Shown here: positions 9,647-19,402 of the stretch, one piece after another
Numbering within the stretch: position 1 is the stretch's first letter
How the letters are laid out: each line of letters opens with the position of its first letter
Assembly: GCA_030603365.1 (NCBI GenBank)
Contig: JAUVXV010000012.1
Span: 70,462 to 134,461, forward strand
DNA: 64,000 nucleotides
Source of the DNA: Candidatus Heimdallarchaeota archaeon
Lineage (GTDB): Archaea; Asgardarchaeota; Heimdallarchaeia; Heimdallarchaeales; Heimdallarchaeaceae
Direction of reading: 5' to 3'
The notes under the pieces: generated by a model
The model's input: only the letters and a program-made list of their open reading frames with translations
What the model was told of the DNA's origin: nothing
Databases searched by the model: none
Translations under genes and position numbers: made by a program

Positions 9647-11431
9647 ATGACAAAGGAAATAATCTCATGGGATTTATCAGAACTCTATGAAAACGTAGAT
9701 GGATCCAGAATCAAAGAGGATATGCAAAAAGTCGAAAAACTAGCAGAAAAGTTTAGAAAAAATATCAAGGGTAAGTTAAACGAAATAAATTTAACTCCAT
9801 TAAAATTAAAAGAATATTTTAAACTCTATGAGGAAATTGCAGAAGCTAGATTTTACCTTAGACTGTATTCTTCTTTAATGTATTCTACAACTTCTCAAGA
9901 TGATGATGTTAAAAATCTTCACTCAAAAATACAAGAATTTGTTTCAAATATTTCTGAAAAAACACTCTTTTTTGAGTTAGAGTTAAATGAGATAGAAGAG
10001 AACAAATTTGAAGATTTACTTAATTCAGCTGAATTAAGCAATTATAAACATGAGATGGAATATACTCGTAGAAAGAAACCTCACCAACTATCTGAAAAGG
10101 AAGAGCAAATCATTCTAATGAAAGATATAACTGGTCAAGAGGGATTTATTAAGCTCTATAATGAAATTGAAAGTGGTTTTGTACATGAATTCGAAGTTGA
10201 TGACGAAACCAAATCTCTTACCACTTCAGAGTTGTTTTCATACATGTATAACCAAGATAAGGATATTAGAAAACGAGCATTGAGAACCTTAGTTACCAGA
10301 TATCAAGAGAATGAGCTTGCTTTTACACACATTTACAATAATGTGATGAAAGATTGGGGATTGGAGAATAAAAGAAGAAACTACACAAATCCAATTTCTA
10401 GAAGGAATCTTGAGAATGAAGTCAGTGACACAGCAGTAGAAACACTTGGAAATGTAACATCTGAAAGTAACCAGTTAGTCGAGAAATATTATAATCTTAA
10501 AAAGAAAATCCTTGGTCTCTCTGAATTAAGAATGTCTGATATCTATGCACCAGTTGGTGAAGTATCCAAAGAATACACTTATCCCGAAGCTATTGAATTA
10601 GTCAAAAAGGCTAATGAAGAATTTGATCCAAGTTTCGCTTCAATTGTTGATGAAATGTATAAGAGAAACCATATAGATGTTACTCCTAGAAAAGGAAAAC
10701 AAGGTGGTGCTTTCTGTAGCTATGGTAAGCAAAAGAAATATCCATATGTATTTGTCAATTTCACCGGAAATATTGATTCAGTTCTAACTTTAGCTCATGA
10801 ATTAGGACATGCAACACATCACTACAATATTCAACAGAATCAAACCATGATCAATATTGGTTCATCCTTACCAGTTGCTGAAATAGCCTCAGTTTTCAAT
10901 GAAATGGTAGCTTTTGATTACCTTATGAAACAGGATCTTTCCAAAGAAGAAAAGATTATCCTTCTAGCCAATCATATAGAGGGCAATTTTGGAACATCTC
11001 ATAGACAAAATGCTTTCTATCATTTCGAAAGGAGAATTCATGAATTAATGAAAAACAAACTTCCTACAGCTGATGATTACAAGGATATCTATATTGAAGA
11101 AATGGAAAAAATGTTTGGAAACTCAGTTTCTCACATCAAGGAAGATTATGCAAGTTACTGGAGTGTGGTAAGTCATTTCATTCAAGTTCCTTTCTATGTT
11201 TATGCATATAATATGTCTAATCTCTTGGTCATAGCACTCTATCAGATGTATCTAGAAGAGAAAGATGAATTTGTTCCTAAGTTCATAGAATTACTATCAG
11301 TAGGTACTTCAAAAACACCAGCTGAAATGCTTGCTAAAATGGGCATTGATCTAGATGATCCAACATTCTGGCAGAAAGGAATCAGTTATCTATCATTTAA
11401 AATTGATGAACTAAAGGAATTAATTGGTTGA
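9647..11431 (+). CDS. pepF: Oligoendopeptidase F (M3B)
   Basis: WDLSELY, GK.GGAFC, TLAHELGHA.H, AEIAS.FNE, HF....FYVYAY. Confidence 0.93.
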   Translation: MTKEIISWDLSELYENVDGSRIKEDMQKVEKLAEKFRKNIKGKLNEINLTPLKLKEYFKLYEEIAEARFYLRLYSSLMYSTTSQDDDVKNLHSKIQEFVSNISEKTLFFELELNEIEENKFEDLLNSAELSNYKHEMEYTRRKKPHQLSEKEEQIILMKDITGQEGFIKLYNEIESGFVHEFEVDDETKSLTTSELFSYMYNQDKDIRKRALRTLVTRYQENELAFTHIYNNVMKDWGLENKRRNYTNPISRRNLENEVSDTAVETLGNVTSESNQLVEKYYNLKKKILGLSELRMSDIYAPVGEVSKEYTYPEAIELVKKANEEFDPSFASIVDEMYKRNHIDVTPRKGKQGGAFCSYGKQKKYPYVFVNFTGNIDSVLTLAHELGHATHHYNIQQNQTMINIGSSLPVAEIASVFNEMVAFDYLMKQDLSKEEKIILLANHIEGNFGTSHRQNAFYHFERRIHELMKNKLPTADDYKDIYIEEMEKMFGNSVSHIKEDYASYWSVVSHFIQVPFYVYAYNMSNLLVIALYQMYLEEKDEFVPKFIELLSVGTSKTPAEMLAKMGIDLDDPTFWQKGISYLSFKIDELKELIG

Positions 11432-11482
11432 AATTCAAAAAAAGAGCAAAAATTTGATAAAAGAAGAGAATAAATCTAAAAT

Positions 11483-12136
11483 ATGAAACTTACAGATTTT
11501 CTTACTCTTACTTATCTTTCTGATGGTGCATTAGGACCAGCTGAACATCTAAGAAGATTAATTGTTCAAGGTTTAGATGCAGTTGCAATTACCGACCATG
11601 TCGATTCAAGTACAATAGATCATGTTCTTAATACACTAGATAAGATACGATATGATTTCGAAGAGCATATTACTTTTCTTCCAGGTGTAGAAATAACTCA
11701 TGTGCTTCCTTCCCAAATCCCTGAATTAGCTAGAAAAGCAAAACAAAGAAATTTCCTTGTAGTAATTCATGGTGAAACCATTGTAGAACCTGTCATTCCA
11801 GGAACAAATGAAGCAGCTGTAAAATGTTCAGAAGTGGATATTCTTGCACATCCTAGTATTCTAACTTTTAAAGAAGCTAAATGGGCAAAAGATAATGAAG
11901 TTTTTCTAGAGATAACAACAAGAGGTGGGCACTCATTGGGAAATGGTTTAGTAGCAGAATTAGCTATGAAAACTGGAGCTAAGATGATACTTAATACTGA
12001 TTCTCATTCACCAAGAGATTTTATCAGTCATGAATTGAGAGAGAAAACAGCTCTTGGATCAGGGATACCAAGGAGTATGTTTGAAGAGATGTTTGTAAAG
12101 AATCCAGAAGAAATAATAAAGCGTATAATGAAATAA
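11483..12136 (+). CDS. PHP-domain (histidinol-phosphatase-like) protein with degenerate HxH motif
   Basis: SDG, AITDH, GVEITHV, HGETIVEPV, ILAHP, NTDSH; DFHTHT is replaced by DFLTLT. Confidence 0.88.
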   Translation: MKLTDFLTLTYLSDGALGPAEHLRRLIVQGLDAVAITDHVDSSTIDHVLNTLDKIRYDFEEHITFLPGVEITHVLPSQIPELARKAKQRNFLVVIHGETIVEPVIPGTNEAAVKCSEVDILAHPSILTFKEAKWAKDNEVFLEITTRGGHSLGNGLVAELAMKTGAKMILNTDSHSPRDFISHELREKTALGSGIPRSMFEEMFVKNPEEIIKRIMK

Positions 12137-12146
12137 AGTGAAAGCA

Positions 12147-12677
12147 ATGTCTGAAGTATTCAAATTAGGAGAAAAATCGATAGTTGCAATGCATGAAAAG
12201 AGAACAACAGGATTTAAGCTCTTTAATAAAATATTAAATGTAGTATTCATTTCTCTCTATAGTATTTATCTACTACCCCTTTTCGGTGTAGGTAGAAAGA
12301 TGGTGTTAGTTCATACAATCGGTAGAAAAACAGGGAAGAAGAGAACTACTCCAACATTGATATTTACCTTCTATACAAGTAAATTAACATTATATGTAGC
12401 AAGAGGAAGAAAAGCTCATTGGCTGAAAAATATTCTAGCTACCGATAGTGGGATGATTAATATCCAGAAGGGGTTTAGAAAGATGAAAGTTTTAGCATCT
12501 TTGGTAGAAGATAAAGAAGAGAAATTCAAACATTTGAAATATTACTTTGAAGAACTTCCTGAGGCTAAAGGAATATTTGGATATGATAAAGGAAAGCATG
12601 GAGATGTTTTCAGTACAGAGGAATTTATAAGAATTTTAAACATCATAGAATTCGTTCAACTAGAACCTGTAGAATAG
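12147..12677 (+). CDS. Deazaflavin (F420)-dependent nitroreductase family protein
   Basis: H.IGRKTGK.R.TP and HWLKNI motifs. Confidence 0.75.
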   Translation: MSEVFKLGEKSIVAMHEKRTTGFKLFNKILNVVFISLYSIYLLPLFGVGRKMVLVHTIGRKTGKKRTTPTLIFTFYTSKLTLYVARGRKAHWLKNILATDSGMINIQKGFRKMKVLASLVEDKEEKFKHLKYYFEELPEAKGIFGYDKGKHGDVFSTEEFIRILNIIEFVQLEPVE

Positions 12678-13504
12678 AGTTTCTTTTCTTCAAACTTCTT
12701 AGCTTCTTCAAGACACATTTTCAGTATTTCAAAACCAGTAGAGATAATTCTTCTTAGTGTTTGCGAATTTGAGAAATCTTCCATGAATGCGATCCAACCC
12801 TCATAGTAAAAATCTTTATAGCTTTCAGCTATCAGATGATACTCACATTTTACTAATTCTACAGCGATGGAAGTTCTATTCAATTCCCATAAATCAAGAG
12901 GTTCATCAGATGATTGACTAATCAATCTTACAGGAGAGGGTGAAACTCTCCAAGTTATTCTTCTTATCATTGTCCATAAATCCAATCCTGTTCTGTCAAT
13001 CATGGACATTGGTTGAGAGGGGAGAAATTCTTCCAGTTTAAGCAAATTATTCAAGTCATATTGTTTTATTGCATCATTAGAAGGATTATTCTCAAATTCA
13101 GGATTTCCTATTAATGGATATATTCCAGTTTTTTTTGGGAAAACAAAATCAACCTGATCTACAATATCATTAATTTTTATGATTTGAGTTCTGGGTAGAT
13201 GAAAATAGTTAGGGTTTTGTTCAATGAATCTATTTTCATACATCTCTGATATATTCACAGATTCGTGAAATGAATTATCATCATCGAGAAAATTTGAATG
13301 TTTGTGGACTTTAAGGTGTATATCTACATCACTAAGAACAGGAACATAGTCAATAAAACTAGTCCATTCTTTAGTTGCAGAACCTTTAGCATACGCATAT
13401 TCTAAAGATTTCGAGTAATACTCTTCAAATATGTCTTTCCATATATTTAAGCAAGAATCAACTTCTTTTCTTGCTTGTTTCATATATGCAGAATATTCAC
13501 TCAT
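12656..13504 (-). CDS. Pol-beta-like nucleotidyltransferase-domain protein
   Basis: AYAKGS...DYVPVLSDVDIH (GS...DxD). Confidence 0.55.
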   Translation of the reverse strand: MSEYSAYMKQARKEVDSCLNIWKDIFEEYYSKSLEYAYAKGSATKEWTSFIDYVPVLSDVDIHLKVHKHSNFLDDDNSFHESVNISEMYENRFIEQNPNYFHLPRTQIIKINDIVDQVDFVFPKKTGIYPLIGNPEFENNPSNDAIKQYDLNNLLKLEEFLPSQPMSMIDRTGLDLWTMIRRITWRVSPSPVRLISQSSDEPLDLWELNRTSIAVELVKCEYHLIAESYKDFYYEGWIAFMEDFSNSQTLRRIISTGFEILKMCLEEAKKFEEKKLYSTGSS

Positions 13505-13641
13505 ATTTTTAGAGCTGATAAATATAATTTAAACTTTATTTCTGCTAGGTATTTCTTCTATCTCTTCAGATTTTGAGAAAAAAGCAGCTTTTTAAATGTT
13601 TAAATACTAATCTCCTCAATTTACTATTGGAAGAGAATCAT

Positions 13642-14955
13642 ATGAGTTTTGAGAGAGATAAAGGTGATGAACTTTTCTCACAATTTAAATTCCTTGAAGC
13701 CTTTCGATGGTATCTCAAAGCTCGAGAAATTTTTTACATAAAAGGGAAAGAAGAGGAACTAAGAGCAATTGAAGTGAAGATAGCTAGATGTTTTGCTCTA
13801 TTAGGTCAAAGAGAAGAAGCAGTAGATATCCTAATAGAACTTGCTGAACAAACAAAAGAACGATTTCTAGTTGATGAATATTATTTAGTTGTACTTGAGT
13901 TAATTGCAACCTATTTTGCTTATGGTTATTATGAAGAAGGAAGAGAATTATTAGAGCAACTTGAAGAAGATCAAATTAATGTTTCAAATCCTCAAGTTTT
14001 CTTTAGATATTGGCAAACTAGGGCACAGATATTAATTGTAAATCACCGTTTAGTAGATGCAAGAGAAACTGTTCATTTCCTAATGGATAAAGCAAAAGAA
14101 ATCGGGAATGAACCTTACTTTTATGAATTACAAGTCTTAGAAGCTCAAATTGATGCAGAAGAAGGAGAAGTCCTTAAAGCATATTCAAGTGTAGATGAAG
14201 CTTACAAGTACTTTGAAAAAACTCCTTTTGAGAGATCAGCATTTGAGAAGAAAATCATCTTGTCTCAGTTTGTTGAAGAACCTGAAGTGACAATCAAATT
14301 GATTGATGAATATCTTGAAAGATATCAACCTGATGATTTCCATCCACTAATGTTCAATGCACAAAGAATTGAACTAGAATTGAGATCAGAAAGAATAACT
14401 CCTGAAGAAGCCGTAGAAAAGGGAGAAAGATTGCTCTTTTCAGCTGAAAGTATTGAACAACTAGAGTTATCAGCAAAAGTAAGAAGACTCATGGCTGGAT
14501 TATACCAAGCAATAGGTAAACCAAATGAATCGTTCAAATCCTTTGAAAAAGCGAAGAACTACTTTAAGAAACAAAAACTAGAATACGAAGAAGCAGTAAC
14601 AATTTTTATTTATCTACCTGCTTTATTACAGTTCCACTCAGCGAAATTATTGGGACTAACTGGGTATTTAGGAGGACCACGAATAAAAAATTCTGCAGCG
14701 ATTGAACAAATGGATTTAGCCCTTGAAATAGAGAGAATTCAAGAAATATTTGAAGAATATGAAGATTATGTCCGAGCGAAAATGGCTCAATTCTTCTTAC
14801 TTTCATATAAGATATCAATGATTGGTATGAATAAGGAATTTAAGAATTCTATAACAGAAATAAATGATATCTATCAATGGATGTTGGACAAAGGAGAGCT
14901 CCATTATTCGGAAATGATTGGACAATTTTTAGAACTAATTAATCAATTTAAATAG
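13642..14955 (+). CDS. TPR-like alpha-solenoid protein
   Basis: Repeated helical pairs (EA...Y.KA..IF; A..Y...G...E....FEKA...F). Confidence 0.7.
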   Translation: MSFERDKGDELFSQFKFLEAFRWYLKAREIFYIKGKEEELRAIEVKIARCFALLGQREEAVDILIELAEQTKERFLVDEYYLVVLELIATYFAYGYYEEGRELLEQLEEDQINVSNPQVFFRYWQTRAQILIVNHRLVDARETVHFLMDKAKEIGNEPYFYELQVLEAQIDAEEGEVLKAYSSVDEAYKYFEKTPFERSAFEKKIILSQFVEEPEVTIKLIDEYLERYQPDDFHPLMFNAQRIELELRSERITPEEAVEKGERLLFSAESIEQLELSAKVRRLMAGLYQAIGKPNESFKSFEKAKNYFKKQKLEYEEAVTIFIYLPALLQFHSAKLLGLTGYLGGPRIKNSAAIEQMDLALEIERIQEIFEEYEDYVRAKMAQFFLLSYKISMIGMNKEFKNSITEINDIYQWMLDKGELHYSEMIGQFLELINQFK

Positions 14956-14966
14956 AGTGAGATAAT

Positions 14967-15773
14967 ATGAAGCGTTATAATCCAAATGAGAGAATACAAC
15001 TTTATCATCCCGCTCACGAATTCCTTAATCTACTCAGTAAAGAAATAGAAAGTGAAATAGAATTAGGTGTGTTCGAAGATATCATCATCGATTCTCCTAC
15101 CTCGAAGAATCAAAAATCAATTAACAAAAAATTACCAGATCCAGCTGAAAGGCTACTAATCCTAGCATTAACCGCGAAGGAGATGGCTGACAAAAACAAA
15201 ACTGATGAAAGAAATATTCTTTTTACTCTATCACGAATTCCACAATTTGTATTTCCTAATTTCAGTAAAGTAAATATTAAACTATACTCACAAGCTGAGC
15301 TAGAGGAAGTTCTGGATTTTGTTAAGATGTTTAACATGTATCTTCCTCAACATTCACCAAGATATGATACAAAAACAATGATTTCATTGAAAATAGAATA
15401 TTATGTGAATTCTTATCTTTATTTCGCGAAATCAATGATCGAAAAACGCTTTCCTTACGCCACAGATTACTATGATTTTTTGAATTTTTTAATAAATGAG
15501 TTCTTTACGATTTTAAAACCACAGAGCGCAGAAAATGAGAAAGAAGTTCAAAGTATTGCATTGATACTAAAGAATTTCCTAAACTATACTACCATAGTTT
15601 ATTTTCTTGAAAACTTTCCAGAGCAGATGAAGAAAGTAATTTTTATACTAAATAATATTAATGGATTGAAATTAGACCATAATGAGAGGGAATTACTTAG
15701 AGATCTTTTGAAAGATTCAATACTAATTAACAAAAAAGACAGAGAAATATTTCTGGACAAAATTAACTTTTGA
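14967..15773 (+). CDS. Hypothetical helical protein, probably co-transcribed with the TPR gene
   Basis: 268-aa ORF starting 11 nt after the previous stop. Confidence 0.7.
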   Translation: MKRYNPNERIQLYHPAHEFLNLLSKEIESEIELGVFEDIIIDSPTSKNQKSINKKLPDPAERLLILALTAKEMADKNKTDERNILFTLSRIPQFVFPNFSKVNIKLYSQAELEEVLDFVKMFNMYLPQHSPRYDTKTMISLKIEYYVNSYLYFAKSMIEKRFPYATDYYDFLNFLINEFFTILKPQSAENEKEVQSIALILKNFLNYTTIVYFLENFPEQMKKVIFILNNINGLKLDHNERELLRDLLKDSILINKKDREIFLDKINF

Positions 15774-15777
15774 TATT

Positions 15778-17007
15778 TTAAAATAATAAAAAGAAAATTA
15801 GAACCAATATTGTGGTAGTAATTAAGTCTGCGCTAGAACTTAACAAGGGATTAACCAAGTTATCGGGATCTAATCCAAGCCTGAAAGTTACGAATGAAGC
15901 AGATAAAGCGATGAAACTTACTATCAGAAATGATAAGAGGTTTGTTAAGATTAATAGGCCTAAAATAGTCCAATAAATTGGGAAGTTTATGTTTTGCGGA
16001 AACAAAGCAACTCCCAAGATGCTCATTAATGTGACTATAATCATAGCAGCTGTTATAATTCCAAAGAAATTTATTGAAAATTCCTTAGTTTTTAATGATT
16101 TAAAAGAAGGTTTTATTGTTCCCAAATGGAGTTTTGTTGTTGTAGTATTTGCCAGAATGGAATTCTGACTACCAACTGTACTTATTAATGCAGGATAAAA
16201 AACAAGGAGTATAGGAACAGCTGATAAGTCAGCGATAAATATGGCTAAAACTGATCCTGTTCCTGCTGCAATGAGGTTCGTTATAGTTAGAACAGGGATA
16301 GATTGCTTTATTCCTTTCATGAAATAACTTTTTTTTCTGAATTTAATGAAAGAAATAAAAAGGAAAACTAAAACTAATACTATTATAGGTATTCCGAGGT
16401 AAAAATGGAGATGAGAAAAAGATTCCCAAGGTCTGTACAACAAACAGATTGAGAAGAATATTATTGTTATAAGAATATCATTCAAGGATGAAGTTATTGG
16501 ATAAGCATAAACATCAGGATCACCATTCTTTTTGAAGATAACAAATGTAAGTGCAAAAGTTATAAACATTGAAATAGTTGCTGTTAAAATGAAAGTTGTA
16601 AACGTTATTGAGAAAATCTGCAATACCTCAACTGGTTGTGTTACTAATTTTAGAAATATTCCAATAACAGAAGTTACACTTCCTATTAGTATTGCATCAT
16701 ATATTGATATGAACAATATCATGATAATTAAATGTAAGAAACTCTCAGAATTTTTTTTCCATACAGGTTTTATTGTACCTAAATGTAAAGCTGTTCCCAA
16801 TTTTCCAGTAAGAATCCCATTTATGTCTCCTCTTACAGTAAGGAGAAGGGGGTAAATAAGAAAAACCCAAGGGATCGATTCCTCTAAAGATCTGAGTAAG
16901 GTTGCTGCACTACCCGCTGCTAATCCACCTAGGTCAAAAATCATTCCCCCTAATACTGCTAACGTAAAGCCAGCAAAAACGGAGAAAGGAGAACGATTCT
17001 TTATCAT
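15778..17007 (-). CDS. MgtE/SLC41-type magnesium transporter (duplicated membrane domain)
   Basis: Two repeats of P.L....G......L.T.LHLG and DPD....P....D. Confidence 0.85.
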   Translation of the reverse strand: MIKNRSPFSVFAGFTLAVLGGMIFDLGGLAAGSAATLLRSLEESIPWVFLIYPLLLTVRGDINGILTGKLGTALHLGTIKPVWKKNSESFLHLIIMILFISIYDAILIGSVTSVIGIFLKLVTQPVEVLQIFSITFTTFILTATISMFITFALTFVIFKKNGDPDVYAYPITSSLNDILITIIFFSICLLYRPWESFSHLHFYLGIPIIVLVLVFLFISFIKFRKKSYFMKGIKQSIPVLTITNLIAAGTGSVLAIFIADLSAVPILLVFYPALISTVGSQNSILANTTTTKLHLGTIKPSFKSLKTKEFSINFFGIITAAMIIVTLMSILGVALFPQNINFPIYWTILGLLILTNLLSFLIVSFIALSASFVTFRLGLDPDNLVNPLLSSSADLITTTILVLIFFLLF

Positions 17008-17082
17008 AATTGAGTTAAAGGGAAAAAATATTAATAAAGATAATTGTTACTTGCTAAAAGAGAAAAAAGAATCATTAACAGC

Positions 17083-17445
17083 TCAAAGTTGTTTTATTCC
17101 TAATTTCTCAATTAGTTCTATTCTTCTTTTTGCTAATGCAAAGAATGTTTCAGATATTTCAATTGTTTTTCCAAGCTTTGGATCTATTTCTAACAATTTC
17201 TTATAATACTTTGAAAAAGGAGTGTCTCCACTTGCAAAATCATTAGCTATCTTCTTTGCTCCTTCGTAATCTTGTTGCAAAAGCAAATATGAAAAACTCA
17301 GATTAGGATTCACTTCAATATCTTCTTTTGGTATTAAATCTAAATTTAGAAGTAATATCCAAGAGAGGGTATCAAATATTTCTGGGTTAACTTGATCACA
17401 AATCTTCTTCAAATCAACATATCTTTCTTCTCTAACTGTACTCAT
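17083..17445 (-). CDS. Hypothetical protein
   Basis: About 120-aa ORF filling the gap, host-like codon usage. Confidence 0.6.
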   Translation of the reverse strand: MSTVREERYVDLKKICDQVNPEIFDTLSWILLLNLDLIPKEDIEVNPNLSFSYLLLQQDYEGAKKIANDFASGDTPFSKYYKKLLEIDPKLGKTIEISETFFALAKRRIELIEKLGIKQL

Positions 17446-17528
17446 GATAATCACAATGTTATTAACAACAATTCTGTGAAGTATTTATATTTTTTTACTT
17501 CTAATCCGTATAATGTTCTAGAAAATAC

Positions 17529-18470
17529 TCATTTTATTGCCAATACTAGGATAATTTCTCTCAGGAAAATTAATTCTACGTTTTCTTCGTCAAAAGTTTC
17601 TGAAACTAATGCTTTCAATTCTTCAGGATCAAATTGTTTTAGTTCACCAATAGCTTTACGTGGAGTAAAAATCTGAAATCCATAAGTCAAATGACGCAAA
17701 GCTTCAAAGAGATAACTTTCGAAATTCAAAATCTCATAGAAAGCAACCTTTGCTCCTGGTTTTAAAATTCTATGAACCTCTTTTATAAAAGCTCTAGAGT
17801 CTTTTTTGTTTAGAAAACCTAGACTTAAAATTGAGTTTATTCTGTCTAAATAGTCCATTTTTAAAGGAATATTATCAGGACTAGCTCTGAGTTTTTGGTA
17901 ATAAGGCACTTGAGTTTCTTTTGAGTATGGTAAGAGTATGTTAAAACGATTTTGTGTATCTACTTCTGAAGCTGAAACACATTCATTACACAATTCTGGA
18001 ACAAGAAATTCAGGATTATTAGGGCTAATTACCCCATAATTCATTTCCTTCAAACAACCCATTGTTCGAACGCACATTTCATTCAAAATACCGATTAATT
18101 GACTCAACATACCCTCAAAAATCGAACTTACTCCCCAAAAGAGAGCCCGTTGTAATTCACTTTTACCTGGTTCTGTAATTTCTAGAAATGTCTTGTAACC
18201 TTGACCTGGTATCGACTTGGTTTGAATTAAATCTGATTTTTCTAGTTTATCAAAAATTGCATAAAAGGAACTTTCAGGTTTTCTTTCTATACTTTCATGT
18301 TTAGTACGAAGAACGCTAATCATTTCACCTTTATAAACAGGTTCAGAAGATCTATTTAGAATTTTGAGAATCTCTAATTCTATCCAATTAACAGAGAAAA
18401 CTGTTAAGAGATTTTTATCATTTTTAGATATTTCGTCTTGCAATATATCTTCTTTCTTTGTTTTAGACAT
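17529..18470 (-). CDS. PadR-like winged-HTH regulator fused to a methyltransferase-like domain
   Basis: ILKIL...Y..E...Y....KLEK..LI...ITE.G..EL; C-terminal IPL...D.I.S...KEVHRILKPG. Confidence 0.7.
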   Translation of the reverse strand: MSKTKKEDILQDEISKNDKNLLTVFSVNWIELEILKILNRSSEPVYKGEMISVLRTKHESIERKPESSFYAIFDKLEKSDLIQTKSIPGQGYKTFLEITEPGKSELQRALFWGVSSIFEGMLSQLIGILNEMCVRTMGCLKEMNYGVISPNNPEFLVPELCNECVSASEVDTQNRFNILLPYSKETQVPYYQKLRASPDNIPLKMDYLDRINSILSLGFLNKKDSRAFIKEVHRILKPGAKVAFYEILNFESYLFEALRHLTYGFQIFTPRKAIGELKQFDPEELKALVSETFDEENVELIFLREIILVLAIK

Positions 18471-18556
18471 GATAGCACCATTATCAGAATTCTAGATGTT
18501 GAATATAAGACTTACCCTAAGAAAGTATTCCAAAAATAAAGGAAAAAAAATGAAGT

Positions 18557-19213
18557 CTAATTCTTCATTCGTTTTTTGCGAATTATAACAAGAGCACCAA
18601 TTGTAAATACACCAGCAAAAGCCCACCATACCTGTGCAGGACTTTCAGTTGTATATCCCAAGTAAGAAAGTTCAATTGTACTGTCTTGTGTATCATTGTC
18701 ATAGAAATGTTCATAATATCTTTTGGTTAAACCATCTAGTGGATCAATTTCCATTTCTACGAATAAGGTATAGATATCATCTGTTATTGTGAAGTTAACA
18801 TAGAAAAGACCTACAGGTCCATCTGTGACATTGAATAGAGTTGTTTCTGCTTCGAATTCTTCACGAATAGTGGTATTTACAACACCTTCTACCTTATACA
18901 GATGCCAGAATAATGGAAATCCTTCACCTGTGTATTTATTTCCATCAACTTTTACGCTTGCATAAACTTTTTCTAGATCTTCTTCAGATAATGGTCCTGG
19001 ATAGAGGTCATCTTTTAATGTTACTGAAAAATTAACATTTATTGGAATATCTTCATAATATTCAACTGATTGTGTAACATTCCATGTAAAAGTGCCATCC
19101 TTTACCATTAAATCAGAATAATAAAGACCGTCAAATTCTTGAGCTGTTGCGAAACTTGTCGCAAAAGCTGAAATCATTATTATAACTAAACTTAGTTTTA
19201 AGGTTTTATTCAA
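18557..19213 (-). CDS. Surface protein with C-terminal TM anchor; paralogue of 8755-9459
   Basis: Near-identical core (DGLYYS...LKDDLYPGPLSEEDL...EIDPLDGLTKRYYEHFYDND); TTG start after AGGTGA. Confidence 0.8.
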   Translation of the reverse strand: MNKTLKLSLVIIMISAFATSFATAQEFDGLYYSDLMVKDGTFTWNVTQSVEYYEDIPINVNFSVTLKDDLYPGPLSEEDLEKVYASVKVDGNKYTGEGFPLFWHLYKVEGVVNTTIREEFEAETTLFNVTDGPVGLFYVNFTITDDIYTLFVEMEIDPLDGLTKRYYEHFYDNDTQDSTIELSYLGYTTESPAQVWWAFAGVFTIGALVIIRKKRMKN

Positions 19214-19402
19214 ATTATTTTCACCTAGTTTCATTACAGCTATGTTAAGAACTGCATAGGTTTTTTTAAACTTTACCATTTACATATTATTCAAAAACAG
19301 TAATTTATATGAAGATTAGAAATGTGGAAACTAATATATGTCTTCATTGCGCTAAAAAAAATTTGTGAAAAATTGCCTAGATTAGGTAACAAAACGATTT
19401 AT

